Shown here: piece by piece, positions 1-10,924 of the stretch
Position numbering within the stretch: the first letter of the stretch is position 1
Layout: each line of letters opens with the position of its first letter
Assembly (NCBI GenBank): GCA_038231275.1
Contig: JBBRLQ010000046.1
Coordinates: 1 to 48,901, forward strand
DNA length: 48,901 nt
Origin: Polyangiales bacterium
Lineage (GTDB): Bacteria; Myxococcota_A; Polyangia; Polyangiales; Polyangiaceae
Reading direction: 5' to 3'
Program-made: the position numbers and the translations under genes
Notes under the pieces: generated by a model
The model's database searches: none
Told to the model about the DNA's origin: nothing
The model's input: only the letters and a program-made list of their open reading frames with translations

Positions 1-303
1 CGTGAGGCCGGCCGCGATGCCGAAGTGCCCGGCGCCCAGCGCGACGCCGGCGGCGAGACCGAACGCCAACGACGCCCAGCTCACCGCGTTGGCGCTGATC
101 CCGAGGCGAACGCACGCGTCGCCGATCGGGCCCAAAATCCAATGAACCATCTCCATCGGAGCCTTGCCGACGAGGACGCTCTGCCCCTCCCGCTCCACGC
201 GCTCGCTCCGCGCGCGGCCACGCATGGCGACGCGCGCGGCGTACGCGATCGCCGCGAATGCGACGATCGCGAGCAGCGTGGCGGAAGCGGCGAGATCGAT
301 CAC
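1..303 (-). CDS. CDP-alcohol phosphatidyltransferase family protein (5' part; runs off window)
   Basis: Not in the ORF track. Manual translation from GTG at 303 (GTGA overlap with the upstream stop) gives MIDLAASATLLAIVAFAAIAYAARV...LGPIGDACVRLGISANAVSWASLAFGLAAGVALGAGHF, matching the 'GIxPNxxT/S' N-terminal region of this family. It lies downstream of ino1. The catalytic motif would be outside the window. Confidence 0.7.
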   Translation of the reverse strand, partial: MIDLAASATLLAIVAFAAIAYAARVAMRGRARSERVEREGQSVLVGKAPMEMVHWILGPIGDACVRLGISANAVSWASLAFGLAAGVALGAGHFGIAAGLT

Positions 304-1361
304 GCGACCTCCCTCGCCCTGTACCTCCCGAGCGCGATCTCGCGCGAGCCGTTGGCCGCCGAGTCGTACGCGGCCTCGATGAGCTCGACGCAGCGGAGCG
401 CCTCCTCGGCGTGCGAGCCGGTGAGGTCGCGCCGGTCGATCGCGCCGCCGAACTCGCCGAGCATCGTGGCGAACCAGGCGGAGTGGCTCGCGTCCATCCA
501 GTGCGACGCGATGCTCTCTTCGTGGGTCGTCCACTTCGTCTTCGCGGGGCGGTCCGGAGAGTCCATGACGCTCACCTCGACCGCGTCGTCCTCGACGCGA
601 ATCGCTCCGCGATCGCCGTGGAGCGTGTAGATGACGCGGCGCACGCCGGCGGTCCATGTAAGGTGCACGTTTGCGATGCCGGTCGGGAAGGTGACCGTCG
701 CCGAGAACGTGTCCTCGGTGTCGAACGCGCGACTGTCCATCTTGGCGGTGATCGCCGTCGGCAGCGCGCGCATCCACTCGAACGCCAGGTAGAACGTGTG
801 GCTGCCGTGATCCATCGCGATTCCGCCGCCCGAATAGCGGCGCTCGCGACGCCAGCTCTCGTTCCACTCCGGAACCCCGCGCGCATGCGTGCTGCGGAAC
901 GTTTGGAGCGTGACCTGGTGGACGTCGCCGATCGTCCCTTCGTCCAGCACCTTCCGCACGGCGCGGATCACCGGCGCGTGCTTGTAGTTGTGGGCGGGGA
1001 AGATGACGCGGCCCGCGCGGCGCGCGTCGTCGAGCATGGCGCGCGCCTCGGTGGTGCTCGTCGCGAGCGGCTTCTCGCAGAGCACGTGGAGGCCGCGCGA
1101 GAGCCCTGCGCGTGCGATCTGCGCGTGCGCGTACGGAGGCGTCGTCACGTCGAGAAAGTCCAGCGACTGCGCCTCTGCGGCGAGCAGCGCCGTGTGGTCC
1201 TCGTAGAGCCGGACCCCCGGGATCGCCCGCGCCGCAGCCTCGCGCCGCGCCGCGCACGTGTCGGCGACCGCGACGATGTCGAAGTCTCCGCGCGACCGAT
1301 AGGCGGGCAAATGCCCGTTCTCGGCGATGAACCCGAACCCGACGATCGCACCCTTGCGCAT
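300..1361 (-). CDS. Gfo/Idh/MocA family NAD(P)-dependent oxidoreductase
   Basis: AIVGFGFIA Rossmann start, HVLCEKP motif, GGGIAMDHGSH motif. Start moved to ATG 1361. Confidence 0.92.
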   Translation of the reverse strand: MRKGAIVGFGFIAENGHLPAYRSRGDFDIVAVADTCAARREAAARAIPGVRLYEDHTALLAAEAQSLDFLDVTTPPYAHAQIARAGLSRGLHVLCEKPLATSTTEARAMLDDARRAGRVIFPAHNYKHAPVIRAVRKVLDEGTIGDVHQVTLQTFRSTHARGVPEWNESWRRERRYSGGGIAMDHGSHTFYLAFEWMRALPTAITAKMDSRAFDTEDTFSATVTFPTGIANVHLTWTAGVRRVIYTLHGDRGAIRVEDDAVEVSVMDSPDRPAKTKWTTHEESIASHWMDASHSAWFATMLGEFGGAIDRRDLTGSHAEEALRCVELIEAAYDSAANGSREIALGRYRAREVA

Positions 1362-1404
1362 GTTCGTCCTGACGCCTTTCTTCTCGACGCTTCTCGACGC
1401 TTCT

Positions 1405-2718
<1,314 letters not shown>

Positions 2719-2814
2719 CTGAGCCTCCGTGTCTTCTCCACCACAACCGATTGCGATGCCCCCATCCGTAGACGCGTTTCGCGATCTTGTTACAGTCGAG
2801 CGACGGTAATCACG

Positions 2815-5400
2815 ATGTGGCCGCTCATCCGATTCGTTTCCCTTCGCCACATCGCGGCCGCGAAGATCCGTTCACTCCTCACGCTGCTCGGCGTCGCGCT
2901 CGGCGTGGCCATGCTCGTAGGGATGACCGCCGCGAACGGAGCGGTTCTGTCGTCGTTCGAAGAGATGGTCGACCGAGCGTCCGGCAAGGCCGATCTCGAA
3001 GTGACGGGCGACGAGTCGGGCGTCGATCAGGCGCTCGTGGATGAGCTAGGTGGTCACACAGAGCTGATGGCGCACGTCGCGGGGCGGATCGAGCAGACGT
3101 CGTTCCTCGAAGGATCGGCGGGAGGAGGAGGCGGCGGCGAGCCCGGTGAGCGCGTCCTCGTCTTGGGAGTCGACTTTCTCGGCGACAAAGCGTTCTTGCC
3201 GTTCAAGACGGAGAGCGGCGCCGACGCGATCGCCGATCCCCTCGCGTTCCTGAACGATCCGGAGGCGATCCTCGTCAGCGACACGCTCGCGAAGGCGCAC
3301 GGCCTAAAGGCCGGATCGAAGCTGAAGCTCCGCACCGCGCAGGGCATGACCGAGTTCCACGTCGAGAGCGTGCTCGCCGAGACCGGCAAGAGCCAGGCGT
3401 TCGGCGGGCAGCTCGTCATCCTCTTCCTCGACGCCGCGCAGCTCGCGTTCGCGCGCGAGGGGCACGTCGACCGCATCGACATCCAGCTCGCCAGGGGCGT
3501 CACGCCCGAGGACGCGATCCCGAAGCTGAAGGCGATCGTCGGGACGCGCGGCGAAGTGGCGCGGCCCGAGGCGCGCGGGACGACGGTCGCCGGGATGACC
3601 GCCAGCTTCCGCCTCGGCCTGCAAGCGCAAGCGCTCCTCGCGCTCCTTGTGGGGATGTTCCTCATCTACAACGCGGTGAGCGTCTCGGTCGCGCAGCGGC
3701 GGCGCGAGATCGGAATCCTGCGGAGCCTCGGCGTCACGCGCTGGGCCGTCACGCGCGTCTTCCTGGTCGAGGCGCTCGTGCTTGGCGTCATCGGCGGCGC
3801 GATCGGCGTCTTCCTCGGCGATCTCCTCGCGAAGGTCGTCGTCGCGCAGTTCGCGCCGGCGGTGTCGCGCTTCTACCAGAACATCCCGACGCCGGTGCCG
3901 CACGTGACGGTGAAGCTGGCGCTGTCGGGCGTCGCCGTCGGCCTCGTGGCGACGCTCTTCGCGGCCTACGTGCCGGCGAGGCGCGCCGCGCACACGAGCC
4001 CCGTCGAGACGCTGCGCCGCGACTTGCACGCGCAAGCGGCGGCGCGGCCCCCGGTGAAGCTCATGCTCGGCGTCGGCGTGGCGCTCGCGGCGGTGGCGCT
4101 CGCCATCACCAAGGTACATGTACTCTACATTGGTTTCGCATCGATTTTTCTCCTGACGATCGCCGCGGCGCTCGCGACGCCCATGGCGGTGGTGCTCTTG
4201 TCGCGTCCGGCGGCCATCCTCGCGCAGAGGACGCTCGGCCTGTCTGCGCGGCTCGGCGTGGACAACGTGTCGCGCGAGCTCGGTCGGAGCGCGCTGACGG
4301 CGTGCGCGCTGGTGCTCGCCACGTCGATGAGCGTGACCGTCGCGTGCTACGCGCACTCGTACGAGGCGAGCTGCATGGCGTGGGTGGAGCAAGCGGTGCC
4401 GGCGGACGTCGTCATCACCGCGGGCTCGCCGCTCGCCGATCGCAACGCGCTGCCGTTCGCCGGCGATCTTGGCGAGAAGGTGCGGGACATCCCGGGCGTC
4501 GTGGACGTCGATCTCGTGCGCTCGCTCACCGTGCCGTACGGGCCGTGGCGCGTCGAGCTGGCCTCGCTCGACACGCGCACGTACCTGAAAAATCCCGTCC
4601 AGCTCGTCTTGGACGGTCCCAAGCCGCTCCCGCTCGACGCGCTCGAGCACGAGCCGAGCGTGCTCATCAGCGAGAACTTCCACGCGCGCACCGGCCTCCG
4701 CGCGGGCGACACCCTAGAGCTCCCCTCCCCTACCGGCGCGCACCGCTTCAAGATCGTCGCCGTCGTCGTGGACTACTCGAGCGATCAGGGCTGGATGCTC
4801 GTCGATCGGAAGTACATGATCGAGTTCTGGAAGGACTCGCGGGTGGAGGCGATCGATCTCTACACGGCGCCCGGCGTCGATCCGTACGCGGTCGCGGCCG
4901 CGGCGCGGAAGCGGCTCGCCGAGACGGGCGAAGGCGGGATGTTCGTGACGACGAACGCGGCGCTGAAGGACGAAGTGCGCCACGTCATCCGCCAGACGTT
5001 CGAGATCTCGAAGGCGAGCGAGGTCGTCGCGCTCTTCGTCGCGGTGCTCGGCGTCATCGGGACGATGCTCGCCGCGGTGATCGATCGCATCCGCGAGATC
5101 GGTGTTTTGCGCGCGATCGGGGCGACGCGCCGTCAGATCCTGTTCGCGGTGATGGCGGAGGCGGGCTTCCTCGGTGTGTGCGCGGCGCTCGTCGGCACGG
5201 CCGCCGCGATTCCGTCGGCGCTGCTCTTCGTCGACACCGTGGGGTTTCAGGCGACGGGATGGAGCGTGCCGTTCCGGTTTCCGACGATCGCGGTCGTGCG
5301 CACGGTGTCGGCGGTGGTGCTCTTCTCGATGGCGTCGGGGTTCTTCCCGGGATGGCGCGCGGCGCGCCTCGAGATCACGAGCGCGCTCGCCTACGAGTGA
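2815..5400 (+). CDS. ABC transporter permease, duplicated FtsX/MacB-like (LolC/E-type)
   Basis: RSLLTLLGVALGVA start, two QRRREIGILRSLG / DRIREIGVLRAIG motifs, two sets of TM helices, ends PGWRAARLEITSALAYE. Confidence 0.92.
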   Translation: MWPLIRFVSLRHIAAAKIRSLLTLLGVALGVAMLVGMTAANGAVLSSFEEMVDRASGKADLEVTGDESGVDQALVDELGGHTELMAHVAGRIEQTSFLEGSAGGGGGGEPGERVLVLGVDFLGDKAFLPFKTESGADAIADPLAFLNDPEAILVSDTLAKAHGLKAGSKLKLRTAQGMTEFHVESVLAETGKSQAFGGQLVILFLDAAQLAFAREGHVDRIDIQLARGVTPEDAIPKLKAIVGTRGEVARPEARGTTVAGMTASFRLGLQAQALLALLVGMFLIYNAVSVSVAQRRREIGILRSLGVTRWAVTRVFLVEALVLGVIGGAIGVFLGDLLAKVVVAQFAPAVSRFYQNIPTPVPHVTVKLALSGVAVGLVATLFAAYVPARRAAHTSPVETLRRDLHAQAAARPPVKLMLGVGVALAAVALAITKVHVLYIGFASIFLLTIAAALATPMAVVLLSRPAAILAQRTLGLSARLGVDNVSRELGRSALTACALVLATSMSVTVACYAHSYEASCMAWVEQAVPADVVITAGSPLADRNALPFAGDLGEKVRDIPGVVDVDLVRSLTVPYGPWRVELASLDTRTYLKNPVQLVLDGPKPLPLDALEHEPSVLISENFHARTGLRAGDTLELPSPTGAHRFKIVAVVVDYSSDQGWMLVDRKYMIEFWKDSRVEAIDLYTAPGVDPYAVAAAARKRLAETGEGGMFVTTNAALKDEVRHVIRQTFEISKASEVVALFVAVLGVIGTMLAAVIDRIREIGVLRAIGATRRQILFAVMAEAGFLGVCAALVGTAAAIPSALLFVDTVGFQATGWSVPFRFPTIAVVRTVSAVVLFSMASGFFPGWRAARLEITSALAYE

Positions 5401-5626
5401 GCGCAGACGCTGCTCCCCATACGGCGAGCGCGAGGACCGCGCCCGGCCCCGCGACGAAGAGGAGCACGCGCGCGACGACGAAGAGGAGGCCGGCGGCGAG
5501 CGCCCAGGGCGGGGTGTGCGGGCCCATCGCGAGCAGCTTTCCGCCGAACCCCCACGCGTCGAGGACCCGGCCGAGAACGATCTCGAGGATCGCGAGCGAG
5601 AGGAGCGCGATCGCGGCGCGCTTCAC
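5375..5626 (-). CDS. small membrane protein
   Basis: 83 aa with 2-3 hydrophobic segments. GTGA-coupled to the upstream gene. Overlaps the permease 3' end convergently by 26 bp. Confidence 0.65.
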   Translation of the reverse strand: MKRAAIALLSLAILEIVLGRVLDAWGFGGKLLAMGPHTPPWALAAGLLFVVARVLLFVAGPGAVLALAVWGAASALTRRRARS

Positions 5627-6789
5627 GAGCGTGCTCCCGCCGATGCTGGCAGCTTCGCGCGCGCGGTGGTCATCGCGAGGAGGATCGCGTCGCCGAGCGG
5701 ACCGCCGGTGGCGAATCGCCGCGCCCCTCCCCGGTCGATCGGCGCGCCGAAGAGGTGCACGGTCGCGTAGAGCCTCCCGAACCGCCCCGCATCACCGTGG
5801 ATGCGTGCGCCCGCCAGCGCGAAGCCGGTCGCCGATACGCCGTAGCCGAAGAGCATCGGTCCCGAGTCGATGTCGCCGTGTCCGTCATGGCCGCCATGTC
5901 CGGCGGGGTATTCGCGCATGACGCCGAAGCCGAGCACCGAGTGGTCCAGCTCGCGCGTCGCGGCGTCCCAGAGCGCACGCGACAGCGCGTGATCGGCGAA
6001 CGACACGAAATACACCGCCAAGAGCGTCCCCGAACCGCGCGCGGCGTCGCGAGGCGCGCCGGACCCCGGCTCCACCGCTTGCACGAGCAGGCCATTCGCC
6101 GGATCGATGTACCTTGCACGTATCATCCCGAGCGCCCGCGCCACCGTGGCGTCGTGGACGTCCTCGCCCACGGCCATGTCGCGCAGCGCGATCGACGCGA
6201 TCGCGGCGGTGTTGTCGACCGGGTAGATTTCGCCGGGATACGTCTCGACGAGGCCGAGCGGCGACGCGTCGAGACGGCGTGCCAGCGTGCGCGTGATGCG
6301 ATCGCCCAGCGCCGCGTGACGCGAAGTCGGATCGACGAGCCGGTGCATCCCGATCGCGAGGTTCAAGTAGCCGAGGTACGCCACGTGCCCGCGCTCGCCG
6401 TCGAGCGACGCGATCCCTTCCTCGCCCCACGACCGCGCGTCGAACGCAGCCCCCGCCGCCGCGAGCATGCGCGCGATGCAGGCGTCCATCCGCGGCCCGT
6501 ACGTTGCGGCCAGCTCCGGGTGCGCCAGCGCGACTTGGCCGATGCCCATCGTCGCCATCATCTGCGCGCCGAAGACCCACTCGCCATCGAACAGCTCCGA
6601 GCCGGTCCCGAACGACGCCGCGTCCACCGGCGCGTCGAGCCACGTCGCGACGCCCTGGACCAGCGCCTGTTGCGTCGCCGCGTCGTCGTCGTACAGCGAC
6701 GCCGCGCCCCGCGACGAGACTCGCGACGGAACGAGCGCGACCCCTACGACGAAGGCCACGAGCGACAAGACCACGCGTGCGGTTCGCAT
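5623..6789 (-). CDS. secreted/membrane-anchored helical-barrel protein, possibly linalool dehydratase/isomerase-like
   Basis: N-terminal hydrophobic signal. Motifs ETYPGEIYPVDN, REYP and DIDSGP..GYGVSATGF. Family assignment is from recall and tentative. Confidence 0.5.
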   Translation of the reverse strand: MRTARVVLSLVAFVVGVALVPSRVSSRGAASLYDDDAATQQALVQGVATWLDAPVDAASFGTGSELFDGEWVFGAQMMATMGIGQVALAHPELAATYGPRMDACIARMLAAAGAAFDARSWGEEGIASLDGERGHVAYLGYLNLAIGMHRLVDPTSRHAALGDRITRTLARRLDASPLGLVETYPGEIYPVDNTAAIASIALRDMAVGEDVHDATVARALGMIRARYIDPANGLLVQAVEPGSGAPRDAARGSGTLLAVYFVSFADHALSRALWDAATRELDHSVLGFGVMREYPAGHGGHDGHGDIDSGPMLFGYGVSATGFALAGARIHGDAGRFGRLYATVHLFGAPIDRGGARRFATGGPLGDAILLAMTTARAKLPASAGARS

Positions 6790-6880
6790 GCCCGTTCGAC
6801 GTACAACCCCTGCCGAACGTGCGACCTCTCACCACGACGGCGCGACCGTTCGCGCCGGAATCAGGCCAATTCAGACCAAT

Positions 6881-7648
6881 TCAGGCGGCCTGACCGCGGA
6901 TCGCGTCGGAGTAGCGGACGTCGGCGTCCGGCGAGAGAACGACGCGCACGTACTGGAGGAGCACCCGCGCGTAGCCGAACGGCTGAAGCTCCATTCGCCG
7001 GCTCGAGGTCATCGCGGTCAGCGTGCGATCGTACGCGAAGCGCGCCGGCCGCTTCTTGTAGAGACCCGCGAGGATCGACCACTCCTCACCGAGCGTTCGC
7101 CCCTCGTGGAACCCGCCGAGCTCGTCGAAGACCGCGCGCGTCACGAACATCAGCGCGCTCATCGCCTTCGCGCGCGCGATCGGGAGCGCGCGCACGTGCT
7201 CCCAGAAGATCCACCAGAGCTGGGCTTTCACACCACCCTCGAGCGAGGACAGGCCGGTGAAGCCGCCTTCGTACCCCTCCTCGTCGCACAGCTGCGCGAT
7301 GCGCGACAACGCGTCGACCGGCATGAGCGTATCGGCGTCGACGAAGACGAGGATCCTCCCCTGCGCGAGCGCGGCGCCGAGGTTGCGCGCGCACGCCGCC
7401 TTTGGCTCGCCGCAGCCGACGAGGCGCACGCCGGCGCCAAGGACGAGCGCGCGGAGCGACTCGGCCGTCCCATCCGTGCTCGCGTTGTCGACGACCAGGA
7501 TTTCGACCGGCGTGTCATCGAGGTGCGCGCCGGGCCTTCGTGCGAGCGCGCGGGCCGCGGCGAGCGCAGCCTCGACCGTGCGCGCGAGGAGCGCCTCTTC
7601 GTTTCGCGCCGGGATGACGACGGTGATCGACTTTTCCGTGGGCGCCAT
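6881..7648 (-). CDS. glycosyltransferase family 2
   Basis: ITVVIPARNEE, ILVVDNASTDGT, ARNLGA, FVDAD (DxD), TSSRR. Start ATG 7648. Confidence 0.93.
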   Translation of the reverse strand: MAPTEKSITVVIPARNEEALLARTVEAALAAARALARRPGAHLDDTPVEILVVDNASTDGTAESLRALVLGAGVRLVGCGEPKAACARNLGAALAQGRILVFVDADTLMPVDALSRIAQLCDEEGYEGGFTGLSSLEGGVKAQLWWIFWEHVRALPIARAKAMSALMFVTRAVFDELGGFHEGRTLGEEWSILAGLYKKRPARFAYDRTLTAMTSSRRMELQPFGYARVLLQYVRVVLSPDADVRYSDAIRGQAA

Positions 7649-7866
7649 AACGGACCCCCTTCGGCTTGGACAGTGCGACCGTCGTGCCGTCGCCGCGCCC
7701 GCTCGAAATCGGGTGGTTCTCGCCCGCAAAGGCCCTATCACTGAAGAGGAGCGCGGATCCGGCCGGATCCAAGCCTGGTCCGCGCGATTCTGCCGCGTCT
7801 TTGAACATTTCCACCCTCGGCCTCGTCTGCCTCGTTGGACGAAAGTCTGCAGGAGCCTCCCGCACG

Positions 7867-8658
7867 ATGAACCGCCGCCTCGCACGCTTCGCCGCCTCCG
7901 CCGCCGTCCTCGGCGCGTCCGTCCTCACCCCAGCCGCCGCGCGCGCCGATGGACCGTCCGCCGACGAAATCGCGAAAAAGTCGCTCGAGCACGACACGTT
8001 CGGGTTCGAGGGCTCGCAGATCAAGGCGCGCCTCGTCCTCGTCGAGGCCGACGGCCGCACGCAAGAGCGCGCGTTCGAGGGCATCAGCAAGAAGGGCACC
8101 GACACCCTCATCCGCAGCGTCATCCGCTTCACGGCGCCGGCGACGATCGCGGGCACGAGCTTCCTCATGATCCAGCACCAAGGCGCGCCGGACGAGCAGC
8201 ACATCTACCTCCCGCGCATGAAGACCACGCGCCGCATCGGCGGCACCGGCGAGCGCGAGGGGAGCTTCATGGGGAGCGACTTCAGCTACGCCGATCTCGA
8301 GCGCAAAGATCTGCGCGAGGCGACGTACAGCCGCTTGCCCGACGACGCCGTCGGCAAGGAGACGTGCTTCCACATCGAGGCCGTCCCCAAGACGCAGAGC
8401 GCGTACGGCAAGCTCTCGCTGTGGATCCGCCAGAAGGATTTTCTCCCGCTGCGCGTGCAGATGTTCGACAAGGAGGGCAAGCTCCTGAAGACGACGTTCA
8501 CGCGGCGCATCAAGGACGTCGACGGCAAGCCGGTCGTGGTCGAGACGCACACCGAGAACGCGCAGACGAACCACAAGACGGATCTGGTGATCGACGAGAT
8601 CAAGTTCCAGGCGGATCTCTCCGACGCGCTCTTCACGCCGGCGGCGCTGTCGCACTGA
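7867..8658 (+). CDS. outer membrane lipoprotein-sorting protein (LolA-like fold)
   Basis: Signal peptide ending AARA. Motifs RFTAPATIAGTSFL, IYLP...RRI, SFMGSDFSYADL, FTPAAL. AGGAG upstream of ATG 7867. Confidence 0.88.
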   Translation: MNRRLARFAASAAVLGASVLTPAAARADGPSADEIAKKSLEHDTFGFEGSQIKARLVLVEADGRTQERAFEGISKKGTDTLIRSVIRFTAPATIAGTSFLMIQHQGAPDEQHIYLPRMKTTRRIGGTGEREGSFMGSDFSYADLERKDLREATYSRLPDDAVGKETCFHIEAVPKTQSAYGKLSLWIRQKDFLPLRVQMFDKEGKLLKTTFTRRIKDVDGKPVVVETHTENAQTNHKTDLVIDEIKFQADLSDALFTPAALSH

Positions 8659-8672
8659 TATCGTCGGCGGAG

Positions 8673-10199
8673 ATGCGCCGCGGCCCGCGACTTCCGGTCT
8701 TTGCGATCGTCGCCCTCGTCGTCGCCGCCCCAGCGCGCGCGTGGGCAGGGGACGAGGTGATCGACGATCCGATGCTGCGGCCGACCCCGACTCCGACTCC
8801 GACTCCGACTCCGACTCCGACTCCGACTTCGACTCCGACCCCGACGCAGCTCTGGCGCCTCTCCGTCTTCTCGCGCGGCGCGACGCAGACCTCCTGGGAC
8901 GATCTCCCCGGCGGCGGCAAGGACGTCGTCGAGTGGCGCACGCGCGCGATCCTCTCCGCCGGCGACAAGCCATCGAACCGCATCAAATGGGAGATCGGCG
9001 TGCGCTTCGACGCCCTCGCGCGCACGCAAAAACGAGGCGATCCCGCGATCACGTTCGAGGCGCGGCCGTGGGAGGCGTACCTCGACGTCGCGCCGGCCGA
9101 GCGCCTTCGGTTGAAGGTCGGAAATCAGATCCTGTCGTGGGGACGCCTCGACGTCGGGAGCGCCGCCGACGTGCTCGGCGCGTACGATCTGCGCGAGGGT
9201 CCCGCGATCGACATCGACGCCCTCCGCATTCCGACGCCGACCGCGACGGTGACGTGGTTCCCCGTCGACGCGTTCCAGCTCGACGTCGGGTACACGCCAT
9301 TCTTCACGCCGCACCGCTTCGACGTCGCGGGCACGAATTACGCGCTCGTCGGCCCGAACGCGCCCGCCGCCGTCGCCGCAGCGTTTTCGAAGCTGCGTGG
9401 TCAGCTCGACCCGTCCAGCTACGCGACGGTGGCCGCCGATTTCGCGCGCGTCAACGGCCCCGACGCGCGCCCCGACAACGGCGAGCTCGGCACGCGTGCG
9501 ACGTGGCGCACCGGTCCGTTCGATCTCGGGTTCACGTACGGCTTCGTGCGATCGAAGGTGCCGACGATCACGCTCGCGCCGGATCTCGTCACGCTCCTCG
9601 GCAGCGCGAACCCCGATCTTGCCGCCGCGGGCAGGGTCAACGCCATGGTCCAGAACGGCGAGCACCTCGTCACGACGAGCTACGATCGCTACCACCAATT
9701 CGCGCTCGATCTCGAGGGCACCGCGGGCTCGTTCACCCTCGCCGGCGAGGTTGGCGTGTCTCCGGAGCGAACCCTCTTCGTGCGCGATCCGGACAGCGGC
9801 TTGCCCCAAGCCGTACGAACGCCGGTGATTCAGACGGGCCTCAAAGCGACGTACGCGAAAGAGGAGACCTTCGCGATCAGCGCAGAGGCGAGCGTGATCA
9901 CCGCCACGCAAGGCACCGGCGCCTCCTACTTCGTCATGGGTCCGCACCGACGCATCGGCATCGCCTTCCTCGCGGTGCACGACGAGCTCGGCAGGCACGT
10001 CCTCGACGCGGCGGCGCTCGGCACGAGCAGCGGCCCGTCGATGTCGATCATCCCGCGCTACGGTTACAAGCTGACGAACGCGTTTGTCGCAGGCGTCGGC
10101 GCGGCCATTTTCGGAGGCCCACGCGGAGACGACGGCTCCCTCGCGACGGCGCAGCGCGGGCTCGATCAAGTGTTCGCATACGTCGATCTACGTCTTTAG
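8673..10199 (+). CDS. putative outer-membrane beta-barrel protein (DUF1302-like)
   Basis: Signal peptide ending ARAWA, PT-repeat linker, EAYLD...LKVGNQILSWGRLD motif, alternating beta-strand pattern. Follows the LolA-like gene. Confidence 0.7.
   Translation: MRRGPRLPVFAIVALVVAAPARAWAGDEVIDDPMLRPTPTPTPTPTPTPTPTSTPTPTQLWRLSVFSRGATQTSWDDLPGGGKDVVEWRTRAILSAGDKPSNRIKWEIGVRFDALARTQKRGDPAITFEARPWEAYLDVAPAERLRLKVGNQILSWGRLDVGSAADVLGAYDLREGPAIDIDALRIPTPTATVTWFPVDAFQLDVGYTPFFTPHRFDVAGTNYALVGPNAPAAVAAAFSKLRGQLDPSSYATVAADFARVNGPDARPDNGELGTRATWRTGPFDLGFTYGFVRSKVPTITLAPDLVTLLGSANPDLAAAGRVNAMVQNGEHLVTTSYDRYHQFALDLEGTAGSFTLAGEVGVSPERTLFVRDPDSGLPQAVRTPVIQTGLKATYAKEETFAISAEASVITATQGTGASYFVMGPHRRIGIAFLAVHDELGRHVLDAAALGTSSGPSMSIIPRYGYKLTNAFVAGVGAAIFGGPRGDDGSLATAQRGLDQVFAYVDLRL
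8781..8846 (+). repeat. hexanucleotide tandem repeat (CCGACT)n encoding a Pro-Thr linker
   Basis: 11 units, 7 of them perfect CCGACT (8787-8828). In frame. Confidence 0.95.
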
Positions 10200-10202
10200 T
10201 GC

Positions 10203-10910
10203 TCAGTTGGTGTTGGCGACGCTCACGCAGCCGCGGTGGACGAAGTACCAGTTCGGATGCCCGGCCGGCGGCTCGGGATCCCGGACGAGCACCCATTTTC
10301 CGTCGCGCGTCACGTAGCGCCACTTCAGCAGCTTGCCGTCGGGGATCTCGCCGACTTGGTTGCGCGGCGTCGCGGGGATCCGCCACGGCGCGACGTTGCC
10401 GTACCCGTTGCGATCGACGCAGCCCGAGCCGGCGTAGTGCATCCGCGTCTCCGAGCCGTCGCCCGCCAGCTGGTTGTGCTCGCCGTTGGTGTACGTCCGC
10501 ATGAAGTGCGGCGTGTCGATCTCCTGGGGCGAGCCGCAGCGCGCGCCAGCCTCCGTGCGTCCGGGGCGCGTGTCCTTCGCGCCCACCCACGCGCAGTGAT
10601 CGAAGCCCTCGCCGAAGAGGTAGCCCCAGCGGTAGGACACACCGTTGGGATTGCCGGGACCGCGGGAGAACTGCGCGTTGCCTTGCACGTCGTCGGTCCA
10701 GCCGGGGTACGCGTTGCCGATGACGTACGAGTTCGGCGCGTACGAGATGGTGGTGATGGCGTCGACCTTCCGGACGGAGAGGGCGTCGTCGCTAGCACCA
10801 ACCGCCTCGTCCGAGCCGTCCGCGCCGGAGCATGCGACGAGGGCAACCAGCGGAATGACGCCGAGTGCGCGAGCGATGTGTGGGCGGCGTGCGATCCAGG
10901 TGCGGCTCAT
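10203..10910 (-). CDS. hypothetical lipoprotein
   Basis: LVAC lipobox followed by an acidic 'EAVGASDDAL' leader. Trp/Tyr-rich beta domains with paired Cys. Confidence 0.8.
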   Translation of the reverse strand: MSRTWIARRPHIARALGVIPLVALVACSGADGSDEAVGASDDALSVRKVDAITTISYAPNSYVIGNAYPGWTDDVQGNAQFSRGPGNPNGVSYRWGYLFGEGFDHCAWVGAKDTRPGRTEAGARCGSPQEIDTPHFMRTYTNGEHNQLAGDGSETRMHYAGSGCVDRNGYGNVAPWRIPATPRNQVGEIPDGKLLKWRYVTRDGKWVLVRDPEPPAGHPNWYFVHRGCVSVANTN

Positions 10911-10924
10911 GACCTAAACGAGAA

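Noticed and set aside
1381..1404. TTCTCGACGC tandem duplication between ino1 and the oxidoreductase
   Set aside because: Only two units. Most likely a local slippage duplication.
7257..8672. N-terminal half of the 980-aa ORF
   Set aside because: Overlaps the GT2 and LolA-like genes. The real start with a signal peptide is ATG 8673.
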